64,000 nucleotides of DNA, taken from assembly GCF_009914755.1 (NCBI RefSeq), contig NC_060926.1; one strand, written 5' to 3'. The notes beneath the pieces are model-generated. The model did not search any database. It was not told the origin of the DNA and was given only the letters and a program-made list of their open reading frames with translations. Position numbers and translations under genes: made by a program. Origin of the DNA: the human T2T-CHM13v2.0 reference genome, Homo sapiens. Positions within the stretch are counted from its first letter, which is position 1. Every line of letters starts with the position of its first letter. Positions 37,931 to 55,455 of this stretch are shown in pieces.

Positions 37931-38897
37931 TTAACCACCTTGTTCTGTAATACAAGGTTGAAAGTAATAAATGACACAGAGGAAACAGAAATAGAACTCA
38001 GAGGAATAAAATAAAAAAAGACTCAGAAGAGGATAAATAATTTCTGGTTTGCAGAATTAGGAAAGATAGAATCATAGAGAAGGATTGGTCTAGGCCTTGA
38101 AGGATTGGTAAGATTTGGATATGGGGATATGATGGGAGGGAATTGTCCAAGTGAAGGCACAGTCACCCTCAGGATATTGTTTGGGAACAACTGAGACTTC
38201 CTGTTTGTGTGACTATAGAGTAAGCTAAAGCCAGATGAGGAGGATGTGGCTACCACGGTAAGTCGGAGCCAAGTCCTGAAAGGCACTGGGGTTCTGTCTC
38301 TAATGAGCACTGGGCTTCGCATTGGGCTTCGCATTAGGCAATACTTTGAATGGGACTATGCTTTAGGAAAAATAATCTCAGGTATTATATAAGATACATT
38401 AGAAGTAGAAAAATTAAAGGCAGAGAGGAGTCAGGACACTACACCAGGATGCCAGAGACAGGAATGGAGAGGAGGGACCAGTGACTAAGAAGAGCGGGAA
38501 ATTATTGCCTTTGAGAGTGTGGCTCAGGTCAAAGGTTAAAGATGGTTGGATTACAAGGGATTGAGAAGATGGTACTGCCTCTATAGAAATAAAGGCGTCT
38601 AATAGAAAAACAGGTTTATACTGAACCCCTAGATCTGGCTCTGAACATTTAGGTACGTGCTGTACTAATTTGAATCCAGAGAGATCCATGTAGTGGGTCA
38701 AGACACTTTACAAAGTGCAAAAGTTAGCTTTACGAAATGTCAAGTAAATGGAAACAAGGCCAGTTCTTTCTTTTTCTTTCTTTCTTTTCTTTTCTTTTTT
38801 TTTTTTTTTGAGATGGAGTTTTGCTCTTGTTGCCCAGGCTGGTGTGCAATGGCACGATCTTGGTTCACTGCACCCTCCGCCTTCCAAGTTCAAGTGA

Positions 38898-39101
<204 letters not shown>

Positions 39102-39497
39102 TGATTTCTACAAAAGTCTTATGTGTTTTCAAACGAGACCAGCATAATATTTACAACTTGAGGTAATCTCAAGAGTTCACTAGAATTCTATATTAATAAA
39201 TTAATGGATTGTTAAAGTGCTTTGGATTCTATAATGTAAGTAAAGATACTTTCTGCCATCATAAATAATTGATTGAGGCAAGCAAGAATCATCAATGGAT
39301 GCTTAAACTAGTGGGTGAAAATTCGAAGAGTAACAGATATTTACACGATCTAAAATTTAGCTTTCTTCCATTTTTCTTCATATTTGTTTTTAATGCACAA
39401 ACCATTCGCCAGCTTCAAAGAGTTAAAAGAAAATAATGGAAATCTCATTTATTGTTCAGCATACTGGCAGCCTTTGGACACTAGGAGAATTCATTTC

Positions 39498-39511
39498 CCA
39501 CTAGAGGGCGC
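39498..39511 (+). promoter_or_regulatory. CTCF core motif
   Basis: CCACTAGAGGGCGC, consensus match in non-repetitive DNA with its CpG retained. Confidence 0.75.
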
Positions 39512-39959
39512 TCAGGTGTTGCTTAATTCACCTCTTCAGGTTTTTGCGACCTCCTTTGTAACTCAAACTGTAAAATGGAATTTTAAGTTTTATATTTGTG
39601 GGTGAACTTAACTAACATTTTAGGATTAATGTAGCAACAACATTTTAAAGCTTTGGGGTTCATATTAAAAATAATTACCCAAATGACAGCAATCAAAACT
39701 CCCTCCAAAAATAAAAAATAAAAAATAAACTTCCACCATCCCCCAAATCAATTGTTTTTGTTTTCCAGCAAACATTTCTGGTCCTGGTTCATCGCAGGTT
39801 TGAGAGGCACGGTTTCTTCTCCATTATTTACCTACTCTAGAACCACTTTATAGAAGGTGGAGGTGGGGTGGGTTGGCCAGGGTGAGATAAACTCTCAGTT
39901 TCAGAATGTGGTGCAAGGCGCTGACACTCTTGTGAGTCCTGCCTTACATTAGACTATGC

Positions 39960-40148
39960 GAATGGTTCTCAAAGTGGCAGTCCCCCCACCAAGCAACGTC
40001 AGCATCACCTGGGAACTTGTTAGAATGCAAATTCTTGGGCCCCACCCCAGACCTATTGAATTAGAACTTCTGAGGGTGGACCTATTGGTCTGTATTTGAA
40101 CAATTTCTCTGAGTGATTCTGATGAATGCTACCGTTTGAGACCCACTA
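39960..40148. mobile_element. MER5A (hAT-Charlie)
   Basis: tggttctcaaagtg...catcacctgggaacttgttagaatgcaaattc...tttgagacccact. Confidence 0.8.
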
Positions 40149-41136
40149 AGCTAGATACTTGGTTTTTACAGGGCAAACTGCTTTTGGGCAATCAGAGCTC
40201 AGGTTTTATCGGTTGGTGCCCTCTCTAAGAATCAGGAACAGACTCCCTCCAGGCTAGGTCTCAGACCCTTAGGCAAATGGCAGTCAGGGTCAAGGTGGTT
40301 TTCTACCTGCTTCAAGTTTCTAAAGAGAACTTGTCTTTCACCAGTCTCAGCAGGGGCACCAGTCCATAGACCATTCACATATAGACGGCACCATGAGAGT
40401 CAGTTAAGAATTTATGGCCAGGTGCAGTGGTTCACGCCTGTAATCCTTGCACTTTGGGAGGCCGAGGTGGGTGGATCACCTGAGATCTGGAGTTTGAGAC
40501 CAACCTTGCCAACATGGTGAAACCCCATCTCTACTAAAAATATAAAAGATTAGCCAGGCATGATGGCAAGTGCTTGTAATCCCAGCTACTTGGGAGGCTG
40601 AGGCAGGAGAATCGCTTGAACCTATTGGGGTAGGGGGTGGAGGTTGCAGTGAGCCGAGATTGTGCCATTGCACCCTAGCCTGGGATTTTCTTTTAATCCC
40701 AGCTCTCCCGCCTAATAGGACTGACTGTGAGCAAGTTACTTAACCTCTCTTTAAATTTCACTTTCTTTCTCATTTGTAAAATATGGGTGATAATAATCAT
40801 CTAACAGAGTTAGTGTGAGAGAAAGGAATACAATCAGAAGGTAAATTGTGGAAATAAGGCACCATTATCTGTATATTACTGTTCCAGGAAATGCTGTAGT
40901 TATAGGGTAGTTCTAGCCACATGATAGGGCTAGATACACATTAGTTCCCTTTCTTGCAAAGCTTTGTACCTTTTGAGTATTCAGGACCCTTTTAAATTGT
41001 CAGAGTGGGCTGGGACTGGTGGCTTATGCCTGTAATCCCAGGACATTGGGAGGTCAAGATGGGAGCATTGCTTGGGCCCCGGTTTTCAAGGCTGCAGTGA
41101 GCTATGATTGTTGCCACTGTGCTCCAGCCTAAGCAA

Positions 41137-41171
<35 letters not shown>

Positions 41172-44100
41172 AATGAAATAATAAAAATAAAATAAAAAAA
41201 TAAAAAATAAAAAATAATCACAGTGAATTATGTTCTTGTACTGTTTACTTCCAGCTTCACACTCCAGCTCCTGGATATCTGGAGTGGTTGGGAGAGGGTT
41301 CTATTTTCCCTCCTTTTCTCACACAGGGGTCTTTTGAGCCAGATTTTTTATTCTTTTCCCCTCCAGATCACAAAGCTTATACTTTTATTGCAGAAAATCT
41401 GCAATATTCAATAAAGCATAAACAAGGAAATGAACATCACCAGTCCTTCTCCAGAAGAAAGCATCATTAATGTTTTGGAGTATTTCCTGCTAGACTTTCC
41501 CCCCTCTGCTTATATAAAATTGCTATCATAACTCACGTTCAATTTTCCTTGCTGCCTCAGGGCTTCTTTAGATGCGATTCTCTTGGCCGGGCACGGCTTT
41601 CTCTGGCTTTGGTTGCTCCTTCTTTCCCTACCCTTTCCTCCCATCCCAGCCCACCCGGATGCTTCAGATAAGGTGAGGTCTCCCTGCTAGACGCTTTCAA
41701 AGCGTGCTGTGCTCACTCTGGACAGCGTTCCTCATGGTCTGTAATTATACATTTACCTATGTGATGGTGTGAGTTGTCTCTGTCCGTGGCTGAACTGCAA
41801 GCTCTGGGAGAGTAGGAGCTGTGTCTGATTTACTCACAACCGGATGCCAAGTGCCAGCACAATGCTGGACACATAGAGTGCCCGCAACAAATCATTTTTG
41901 AATGAGTGAATAAGTAAATGAAGAATTTTGTAAGCATTTTTTCCGCACTGGACATGATTTTATTTTATTATTTATTTATTTTGGGCGTGATTTTAACTGG
42001 TGGATGTCCGGGGATAGATGAGGTGTTCTCTCAGGATTTCAGATAACTCCATGGATGTCTGAAGCAGCCTGTTATGGCGGAAGGATTCCTGTTCTGGAAC
42101 TAAAGAAAACCGCGTCCCGCTTTTTGCTTTACCAGTTCCTCTGATCTCGAGCAAGTGACTGAGCGTCATTTTCCTTAGTTACTCTGCTTCTCTCCCAAAG
42201 AATCTCACACATTAAATAAAAAAGTGCATGACAAAGCCCTTCTCAACTGCAAAGGTCCATAAAAATATGTAGAGAAGGTTGTTCAAAAGATATTTTGCTT
42301 TATAGATAAATGGAGCCACTTGCTAATTAAATTTGCACTGAGGCACTAACTTTGAAACTTAAAATTGATTGTTTCCAAGACAATCTCCCGTTTCAAAGCT
42401 TAATAATTAGAAATAATTGTGAGTCTAAATGTCTTTACTAGCCAAAATACATTAACTACTACTTTATTTCTTAAGGGCAGACATTGTAGAGTTTGTTTCC
42501 ATTTTGTAAAGATTGCAATAAATAATTATGATATGTTGTGACAATAGAAACTTAGATTTATGTTTCTTTCAAATTTCATTGTGCTGAGGTAGTCAAGATA
42601 TTTTTTGACAGACTAGCCAATGAATGTAAATTACATAGATTATTTTAAGAACAAACCTTAGTTTTAAATTTTTTCTTTTTTTAATAAAGTAAGCTTTTTA
42701 CTGATGTATAGTGTACATACAAAAGAGTGCTTAAATCATCAGCATTTTGAGGGATGTTCACAAATGAAATAGGCCTAATGTAATCAACAGTAAGATAAAA
42801 AAATAGAACATGCCCAGTATTTAGAAGCCCCTCCCCCTATGCCTTTCCAGATATCACCCCAGGAAGAAAACCTTTATTCTGACTTCTGTCGTCAGAGACT
42901 CGTTTTTCTGGTTTTAAGCCTTTACAAATGAAGCCATACACTGTGTTGTAACCGTTTATGCTTGGCTTCTTTTACTCAAAGTTATTCATCCATTTTGTTG
43001 CCTGTAACAGTAGTGTGTTATTCTTTTTTCTTCTTTTTTACACTGCAGGAATATGTTTATTTTTGAGATCTATTGCGCATCATGATGAATATAGTTAATA
43101 ATAGAACATTGTACATTTCAAAATTGCTAACAGTGTACATTGCAAATGATCTCACCCCAAGAAATGTTAAATATGTGGGGTGATGTATATGTTAGCTGGG
43201 TTGACTCAATTATTTCACATTGCATTCAAAGACCATAATAGCACTTGGTATCACATTACATATATAGAATTATAAATGGTCAGCTTTAAAATTTTTCTTA
43301 TTTATATTTATTTATTTATTAATAAAGACCGGATCTTGCTATGTTACCCAGGCTTGTCTTGAACTCCTGGGATCAAGTGATCCTCCAGTCTTGGCCTCCC
43401 AAAATGTTGGGATTACAAGCCTGGGCCACTGAACCCACCCAAACCCTAGTTTTTGAATATACTCTATACCTTATTCAACAAGAAAGGAATATGGTAAAAT
43501 TTGGAATTTCCAAAATGGAGCTAATATCTTTGTGATATGATTAATATTCATATTTAAAGGTTGGATGAAAGAAAGTTTTCCACCAAGGTCTTGGATGCCA
43601 AGAATTAGAATAAGTAACCCCTATAACTAAGTTTTTTTGATTGATTCTGTAGTTTTCCATTGTATCTTAAATAATTTCCTTTCTGTTTTAGGTTATATGA
43701 TGGTGCTTGAAATGTATATACATTGAGGACATAAAACATCTTGGAGAACAGATAAGAATTGAAAGTATGGTAGAAAGAAAGACCAGTCTCTTACTATCTG
43801 TGAAAATTTGTGAGTTCATGGATAAAATGAGGCAGTGTTTGCTGATTTTATCTTTTAATAACTCCAACACACTCTACTGAAAAAGAAACATTTTTCTTTT
43901 CTTTCTTTGTAACACCAATTAGTAAACACATAGCATTTTAGAAGAGGAAAATACTTTAAAAGTTCATTGTCCTTGTTTCATAGATAATATCTAACATTTA
44001 CAAAGAAATTTACAATTGCTTCCAGATAACATGATTTCATAGAATCCTGAGAACTCTATTATTACCCTCAATTTAAAATGAGGAAGTGGAGACTCAGAGG

Positions 44101-44554
44101 ACTTAAATGACTTACCTAAGGTCACAGAGATAAACATAATAATGATGGATAATATTAATTGAGCACTTACTCGATGCCAAGCCTTCCTCATGCATGATCA
44201 CATTTAATCCGCAGAATATTCTTATTACCTCTTACATAATATGTGACAAGCTAGCATTATAAATCTGTGCTAAGAAACTGGCATAACTGACTTTTTTTCC
44301 TGGATGCTCTTCTATAGACACAACCTAAATATTAAATAAAATCAATATGATTTTATGTATTTAGGATAGTATCACATTGTGTATGTATGATGTTGATTGG
44401 TTAAGTAAATAGTATTATAGTATTCTCATTTTACAGATGAGATATTATGGACATGGAGAATTAAAGACTCCCATAGTAGTACTGTGCTAGCTGACACTGA
44501 TGAGCAGAGGCAAGAATCCAGTTCTTTTCACCACACTAGCTTCCTTTTCTCTGA

Positions 44555-45890
44555 GATGTGTCTCAGAATGTGGAGTGGGCAATTGGTGACTTGGATCCAA
44601 AGCTAAGGACAAAGAGGCACCAAGAATCTCATATTCTGAGTATTGCAGGCCAAGTACCTCCTCCAGGTTTAGTAAGAGTCAGGCAAACTGACTGGGCATT
44701 CCCCTAATCATCGTCTGAGACTCAACCACTTCTTATGCCCAATCCATCTACACTTTTGACTAGACAGGGAAGACAGGCATGTGATGAGAGTGTCAAGTCT
44801 TTGGTGAAAAGTACAGTGGCTCCTGCTTTGAAGCCAAAGACTGGGTGCCCTGAGGACCATCTACAGAGAGTGGGATTAAATGAGAAGAATGACATCTTAT
44901 TTCTTAGCTCACACCAGCTGATCTGACCTCAGTGCCTGTGAGAGTAAGGGAATGGAGAATTGAGATAATGAAGCAGAGAGAAGTGAGGCAGTGGAGCAGG
45001 CTGCACCCATCTGGTGCTATGACAGTGCTGTATGGGTATTCCAGGGGTCAAGAAGCCACCATGGAAGTAGCCGGACTTGATTTGACCTGCCAGTACTCTA
45101 CTCAAAAGGAGTTGGGGGGAATGCCAGGGGAAGCAACTGAGGGTGTAGTAGAGGAGCTGGGTGGAGGGTGCTCCCACAGCAGGAAACTCTGCCCTGGGGA
45201 GACTCCTGCAAGTCCCCAATGTAGCCCATGGAAGAGCCAGTGTTGGGACACCCACCACACAGAGACTAATCGACATCACCAGCCAAGAGAAGACCACAGC
45301 TGCAGCACTGAATGAGACACTGTTCCTTTCTATCTCTGCATCTACTACAAGCCACCACCCCCAAAGCCCACAACTCAAGAGGGAATGAAGGTGGAGACTG
45401 TACTCCTTTTCCATTTCAGGTCCTGGCCACAAATGCCTGAGCTATCTACAGGAAGGGAGGATTGGACTTCTTCATTTCAAAGCTGTGAGAGAGCTGCGCA
45501 GAATGTTGTTAAGCGGTGAGAAAGGGAGGTTCAGTGGAGCATGGTTAAGGTAGTAATTGGGGGAAAAAAGGATACTTTATACTTGCACTCTACTGAATTC
45601 AGGTTGTGTAGAATAGACATTACATATGCCTCTCTCTCTGTATATAAATATAATAACCAATATTTATGTATAGCTTTGCATCCTTTTCAAATATGCAGAA
45701 AGTCTTATGGGATGATATTATCAGGAACCAAGTAGCATTTTAAAAATTATTGCATATCCAAGTGATGAAATTAAGGAAACATGGGCCAAAAAAAAAAAGG
45801 TAACCTCCTCTTTTCTTCTGAGTTTTCCTTTTGCCCCAGCAGATGTGTTGGCATCTGACCTGCCGGGATGCTAAGACATCCTGACTGATA
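44555..45890 (+). pseudogene. Possible decayed protein-kinase-like exons downstream of the 7TM fossil
   Basis: GDLDPKLRTKRHQESHILSIAGQ (44585-44653), DTLYLHSTEFRLCRIDITYASLSV (45571-45642), VLASDL-G after a strong acceptor at 45839; kinase subdomain V-VII order. Confidence 0.35.
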
Positions 45891-46259
45891 GACCATTAGA
45901 TTCAATCAAACAGTCAGTATTCAATTAGTACCTTCCATGGCAAATACCATAGGAATGAAAGAGTATATAAAAAATGGTCCTGGCCAGGTACAGTGGCGCA
46001 CACCTGTAATCCTAACACTTAGGGAGGCTGAGGCAGCTGGATCACTTGAGTCTAGGAATTCGAGACCAGCCTGCACAACAGGGTAAAACCCTGTCTGTAC
46101 AAAATATACAAAAAATTAGCTGGGCTTGGTGGTATATACCTGTAGTCTTGGCTACTCAGGAGGCTGAGGTGGGAGGATTGCTTGAACCCAAGAGGTCGAG
46201 GCTGCAGTGAGCCATGATCATCCACTGCACTCCAGCCTGGATGATGGAGTATGATCCTA

Positions 46260-46323
<64 letters not shown>
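46260..46323 (+). repeat. (CT)n(CA)n compound microsatellite at an Alu tail
   Basis: Direct reading. Confidence 0.95.
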
Positions 46324-46327
<4 letters not shown>

Positions 46328-46826
46328 CCCTGCTTTCAAGGTGGTGACACTCTAGATAAACGTACACTCATTAAAGATAGGGCAGCATATGACAAGTGCC
46401 ACATGAATCAAAGTGACAGCAAAGGTAATGTATGGCTTTAGATTACCTAGAGACCCTCTTGCACTGGTTGCCTGACTGGAAAAGGTGAGGCTCTAATGGT
46501 GCCATGAAGGATGGGTGAGAATAAGAGTGCAAGGCTAAAGGGCTGCTACATGAGCAAATGAGCAGAGACCAGCGTAGCTGGGAAGTCACATTTGGGGACA
46601 CTGAGTCCCCCTCAAAGAAATTCTGTAACAGCATCCTTTGCAAGTCCTGGAAAACCCAACTAAAACTGGCTTGTATTAGGGCATTTATTAGTTCATATAA
46701 CTAAAGAGAACTAGAGGTAGAGTGTGCAGGAGTGTGTTAATTTGGGTTGTAGCTCTGTTTCTATGTGAGCCTCACTGCCCTCTCTACCTTCAGCCTGTTA
46801 TTCTTGGTTGTTAGATGGCTCCCTGG

Positions 46827-48466
<1,640 letters not shown>

Positions 48467-48888
48467 CTGTCCTATAGGATTTCTTATTTATATCCAGAAT
48501 AAAGTTGCTTCTTTTTAGCCATTGAACAAAAGTTCTCAGATTTTCTCTGATTGTGCCATCTTTAAACACAGGGGCTGGGAGAATAACAGCTACTATGTGG
48601 CTTAGGTCTAGGTTACTGAGCCAATGTCTGTTTCAAGGGGAATAGGATGATGATGACTGGCTTAGACAAATTAGGATACACCTAGAGCTAGAGCTGCGGT
48701 TGTTGCATGGTTCAAACAGCATGGTTGATTCGTAGAAAGGAGTGGATAATATGTTGGGAGGCAACTACAAAGTCCTCAGCATCCATCTATGTGAACATCG
48801 TCATGCTTCTCAGGATCCATCTATATTATCCTCCTCCTTACCCAAAGACTGTCACATGGTCACGTGTGTTACAACCCTTCTCTAATGA

Positions 48889-49209
<321 letters not shown>

Positions 49210-51627
49210 TGATCAGCCTGGTCTCGAACTCCTGACCTTGTGATTCGCCCACCTCGGCCTCCCAAAGTGCTGGGATTACAAGCATGAGCCACTGCGCCCG
49301 GCCTCCACTTCTAACATAACTAATATGGAATTGTGAATAAAGAACTGGATAATTTCAATAAAACACTCATTAGGAAGAGTGGATGGACGACAATACACAG
49401 TTTCCCTGGTCCACAGCACATATTACATCCTGCTGGAAATGAATTTTAAGTTCTCCCTACCCTGGTTGTAAGAGAGAGTCTGGGTAGCAAGAGTAAAGTA
49501 GGGTCCCCATCATTAATTGCTGCCAGATTGTGGAGGGCCTTTTGGAATGGTAGCCTGTAGGCAATGGAGGAAGAAAGAAGATCATTCAAGGTTTTTGCAT
49601 AGAGTAGTGACGTGATTTTGGTTAACTTAATTTTGGAGGCATTATCCAGTATAAATTAATAAATCCCCTTGAAATAATGCCCTGGGGACACAGAAATGTT
49701 AACTGATTCCACAGTAAAAGCCCATGTATAATCTAGGTTTGTCTCTTTCCAAATAGAAATTATAAGTTGTTTCCAGGAACCTACGTGGAACAAGCAGGGT
49801 GGTTCACATTGTGTCACTTCCTTGGTATTAATTCCAAACTAGAATGAAAAAGCTTTAAGCCTCTTTTGAAAAGATTTGTAATAGAAGTAGACTTGGTAGG
49901 TGGAGAGTGACTGGGACTAAGTTTAAATAGAAAAAATGAGAAAAAAATTACTAGAGAAAGCATTTTTGGATAGCTATAATCCTTCACTTACTTATGCATA
50001 GTGAAGGAAATAATAAAAAATTGTTTAAATTATTTTACTATTGTAAGTCCTGCATAAGTTAGCTAGCTACAAGGTTGTATGGGCTGCGAAACATTTGTAC
50101 TTTAAACAGGATCGAGTTGTGGGATAGGTAAAGCTGTGAGCCATTGCACTACCTGCTATTGTGAGGGGCTTTTCGTAGTTTAGGATATGAGGAATAAAGC
50201 CTATGAGATTTCTTCTCAGATGGCCTGGAAGAAATCCAAAATGGAAAATGGTAGAAAAACAGAGTATTCCTATTTGAAATTTCAGATATTATGATTTAAT
50301 TTGCATTTGACTTATTTCTGAAAAACACAGTAGAAACACCCCCATAATAAAGTTATGTTATTCCTCTAGTCTACAGACTTGAGTATGGGTGAGTGAAATG
50401 TATAAAAGAAAACATTTTTTGAGGTAGGAATAGATTCATCATTGAGTTCCTCTGCCAAATTCAGAATTAGATAGTGGAAAAATTCTATTTATTTTGAGTT
50501 TGTTAATCTGCCAGCAAACTGTTGGGAAAAATAAAGACAAGCCAGATGAGGACTTGGGTTATGGAATGAACCATAGATGACATATGAGTGAACTTTTTAA
50601 GAGAATATAGTTGTTCCTACTTTTATTTCCTGTTTGTAGTTTAGAGTGTTTAATAACTTTGATTTGCAGTGTGCATTTCTACTGTACTAAACTGTAGCAG
50701 CAAAATGGATAACACAGCATATTGCTGTGTTGAAATTAACCTTAAGTAAGGGTCAGGAAATTGAAAATATCACGTTTCCATAGTAACACTAATTTAGTCA
50801 GATCACACATGTTGTTTCTGAGCCATTAGTTTACTCTTATGATATTCTGGATGGGAACACAATATTTACTCTGGAATGTGGTTAAGTTCATGTTACAATG
50901 CAAAGCAATTTCATATTTTCTTTATGTCCATTTTAAATCCTTTATTATGGTTGGTTTGATATCTGATTCCTTGTGCTATTTGCAAAATGCAAAAATGTAA
51001 CAGTTTTTTAAAAAGTTTCTGAAGATAATTAAATAGGAAATCATGAATATATCATATTTATATAACAATTATGGAAAAATTGTAAGAAAGAGGAACTGGA
51101 TTTTGAAAGTTTGCATCAGAATTTTTGGGTAATTGTTAGGTAATTTATTTGGTCTTCCAACTGGGTGGCTCTGACTTGATCTGATTTTAGTTTTCATGGT
51201 TGTCAAATTCCATATGATATCTAGTAGGGATTTTCCCCATCTTCTTTTGAATTCCAAATTCATGAATACTGCTATAGCTCTGTCTTTGGCTGACATTTCA
51301 GGCCCACTTTTCCATAAAGAAGCCTCTCACCCCACAACTTCATAGGAACTATTACCAAGATAATGACCTATAGAAAAGGGCAAATCTGCCTTCCAAGTGG
51401 GCCCTTTCTCAGTGCACACACCAAGCACATTCCTATGCCTGCCTGTACACATGAGTCTTGTGTGTGATTCAAATCTGCTTCTTAGTAAAATGACAAAATG
51501 CTGCATGTCATATCTTTGAGGCTATTCATGACTATCACATCGATTTTCAGCTGTGCATTTCTGGGATAAATCTCACTTGATCATAGTATATAATTCTTAC
51601 TATATGTTGCTGGATTTGGTTTGCTAG

Positions 51628-52003
<376 letters not shown>

Positions 52004-52171
52004 TAGTTTTCTTGTAACATTCATGAACATTAGAGTGTACTGTATTACCCAAACTCTCATTCAGTTCACTTAAGAAAAACAAAAGCAATGAAGAAAATCA
52101 CAATCATGCCTTTTGGTATTGTAAATATGAATACAATTTATTTGGTTGATTGGACAGTTTCTTTCTTTCTT

Positions 52172-52202
<31 letters not shown>

Positions 52203-52323
52203 TCTTTCTTTCTTTCTGACACGGTCTTGCTCTGTCACCCAGGTGGGAGTGTAGTGGCATGATCATGGCTTGTTGCAGCCTCCACCTGTTGGGCTCAAGT
52301 GATCCTCCCGCCTCATTTTTTGA

Positions 52324-52524
<201 letters not shown>

Positions 52525-53206
52525 TGAATGCCTAATATGCTAGGCTTGTGCTTGGTACTGGGGGTATTGATGAGTATTGAAAGGTAGTAGTTACATAGTG
52601 GGTAAGAGTAGTTGGATTTGGGTCCTACCTTTACTACTTCCTAACTGATGGACCACAGACAAATTACTTAAACCTGTTTCCTCATCTGTGAAATGTGGCT
52701 ACTAATAGCATGTAATATAGGATTGCTGTGAAGTTTAAATTAAGAATACAGGTAAACAGTGCCTGATACTTAGCTATCAGTAGATACAGTTTAGCTTTAT
52801 TATTATTTGTTTTTCTTGTACCAGAACTTACATACATCATTTCATTTAATTCTCATAACAGCCCTGCTGAGGAGCTTAGTATTAGCTCCATTTTCATAGC
52901 TGAGAAACCTTTGCTTCTAGAGGCTAACCAACTTACCTGAGATCACAGATATGGCTACTGGTAGAAGCATAACTCACATCCAGAATATTCTTGACTGCCA
53001 AGCTAGTGTTAAAAAACATATAGTCTTTCCCTGGCTTAAAGGAGCACTCACCTAGATTTTCCAGGTAGCCCTGTCCAATTATTAGTTTAGATTCTTTAAG
53101 TTTCCAGAGAAGATGTTTTGGTGCCATATTCCAGTGACTTGTTCCCCTAAAGTCAGTTAAAAAAAAAAAGTCTAATACCAATGTCATCTATTGTATTAGA
53201 ACTCTA

Positions 53207-53238
<32 letters not shown>

Positions 53239-53245
53239 TTTTTGA

Positions 53246-53404
<159 letters not shown>

Positions 53405-55212
53405 TAGTAGAGACGGGATTTCCCCATGTTGGTCAGGCTGGTCTCGAACTCCCAAGCTCAGGTGATCCACCCACCTCGGCCTCCCAAAGTGCTGGGATTA
53501 CAGGCGTGAGCCACCACACCTGGCCTAGAGCTCTATTTCTTCCTTAGTATACAGAAGAAATGTATCTGTCTATGTGGCAACCTAAAGTGAAGGTATTCTG
53601 GTAGTTTCTCTGACATTTACCTAGAGAATTCATTGTTAAATGCAGGAAAAGCACATACTATATAGAAAGCTTGGTTTTTCTGGATTTCTCTTCAAGGTTA
53701 GAAAGCTCAATTAAGGATCTTTTATTATCTTTCTAGACCCTCTCTCTGCCCTTGATTTTGATCCGTGTTTGACCAAGGATTTTTTTCCAGGGTCTCTGAC
53801 TACCTGTTCATGGGTTTGGTTCCCACCTTGCTATACTTTCTAAGTGCTCCGTTTTCACATCACTTGAAGGGCCTCAGAGGTCCCCTCAAAATAAAGCCTT
53901 ATAAGCAATATATACTTAGAACTGAAGTTTCTAGGAAAGATGGGTGAATACCTAAAAATGAGAAAACTTTCTGAAAGGAAAAAAATCTTTATTTTAAAGG
54001 AAAAAAAATTCCAGTGCATACCAAATATGACACAAAGCTGATACCCACCCAGTGGCCAGATATGTTTTCCTGAGGGATTTCCTTGTGTTTATTCCTCTAG
54101 CATTTTTTCATTCCTGACTTTTGGGGTGGCCCTTCTGTGAAGAGTTTCCTCATCCCAGCTGTTATGATGTTTAATCTAGAGTTGCCAACTTCTGATCCGG
54201 CGGTTCCAAGACACAGGGTGAGGAAAACAAAGCTTTCCAGTATTTCTGAATCTGAACCCCCACCCGCATTGGAATTACTGCTTTAATCTCTGGTCAATCC
54301 TGAATTGTTTTCAACCCTAGCTTTATCTCTCCTCTCCCCCGGAATAGCAGAAGAATTACTAATGGTAAAGATCTATGCCCATGTCCAGGGTTCAAATTAC
54401 TTATGCTCCGCACAAACCTCAATTTATGTCTCTTTTCTTTTTCTTTCCCTCCCCTCCCTTCCACCCAAGTAAACTATGGTGTCTTTGGGTCTGTGTGTGT
54501 GAAATAATTTACTTTCAAGAGCTTTTTACTTTTTTAAGATAAAAATTAGATTATAGTTTTTTAAGCTAACTGGGGTTATTTTTTCTTAGGAAAAACAGAG
54601 TAATCATTAAACAGGCTAACCATCTGGTTTTGATCCTAATGTTAGTCCATGAGATGGCTTGACACTTTAAATAAGCAAAGTCATGGCTTTTCGTTTAGAA
54701 ATATGCAAGGATGGCTACTCCTGGCTCCATCCTGCCCTTGGCCTGATTGTTTAATGTTAAGGTGGAATGATCCTGACTGGTCCTCTGTTTTATGCCTGAC
54801 CTGCTGCAGCACTAGTCAGATAAGGAATTAGGGAAAAGCAGAATTATTACTCAAAGGCAGAAAACAAGGCACAGATTTATATGAAGAAACAGCTCCTTTT
54901 TCCAAATATGGAGAAACACAAAACTTACAGTACGGTAACATGTTGCTTTTTTCTGGTACATTCAACTAGTACTGTGAATGAAGCTACCTCTGGCAATGAA
55001 AAGTATTTAGGAAATCAAATGGTAAAGTAGGAAAATGGTGTTTTTTAGTTCTCTTACTGTCCCCAAGTTTCTGGTATAACATGACTATTCCCACATGGCT
55101 TTGTTTAAGGACACCCCCCTCAAAGCCCCCACAGATTTGCCTTTAGACCATACCCCTTGCTCTGGATCTTTTCCTCACCCTACTGTCCTTGGTAAGGATG
55201 GATAGCCACTGA

Positions 55213-55455
<243 letters not shown>

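Noticed and set aside
43443-43535. LVFEY...VKFGISK kinase-like words
   Set aside because: Spacing far too short and out of order with the other kinase-like pieces; likely chance.
44929-45432. Overlapping 127-167 aa ORFs on both strands
   Set aside because: GC-richer, probably old LTR-derived sequence; no domain recognised.
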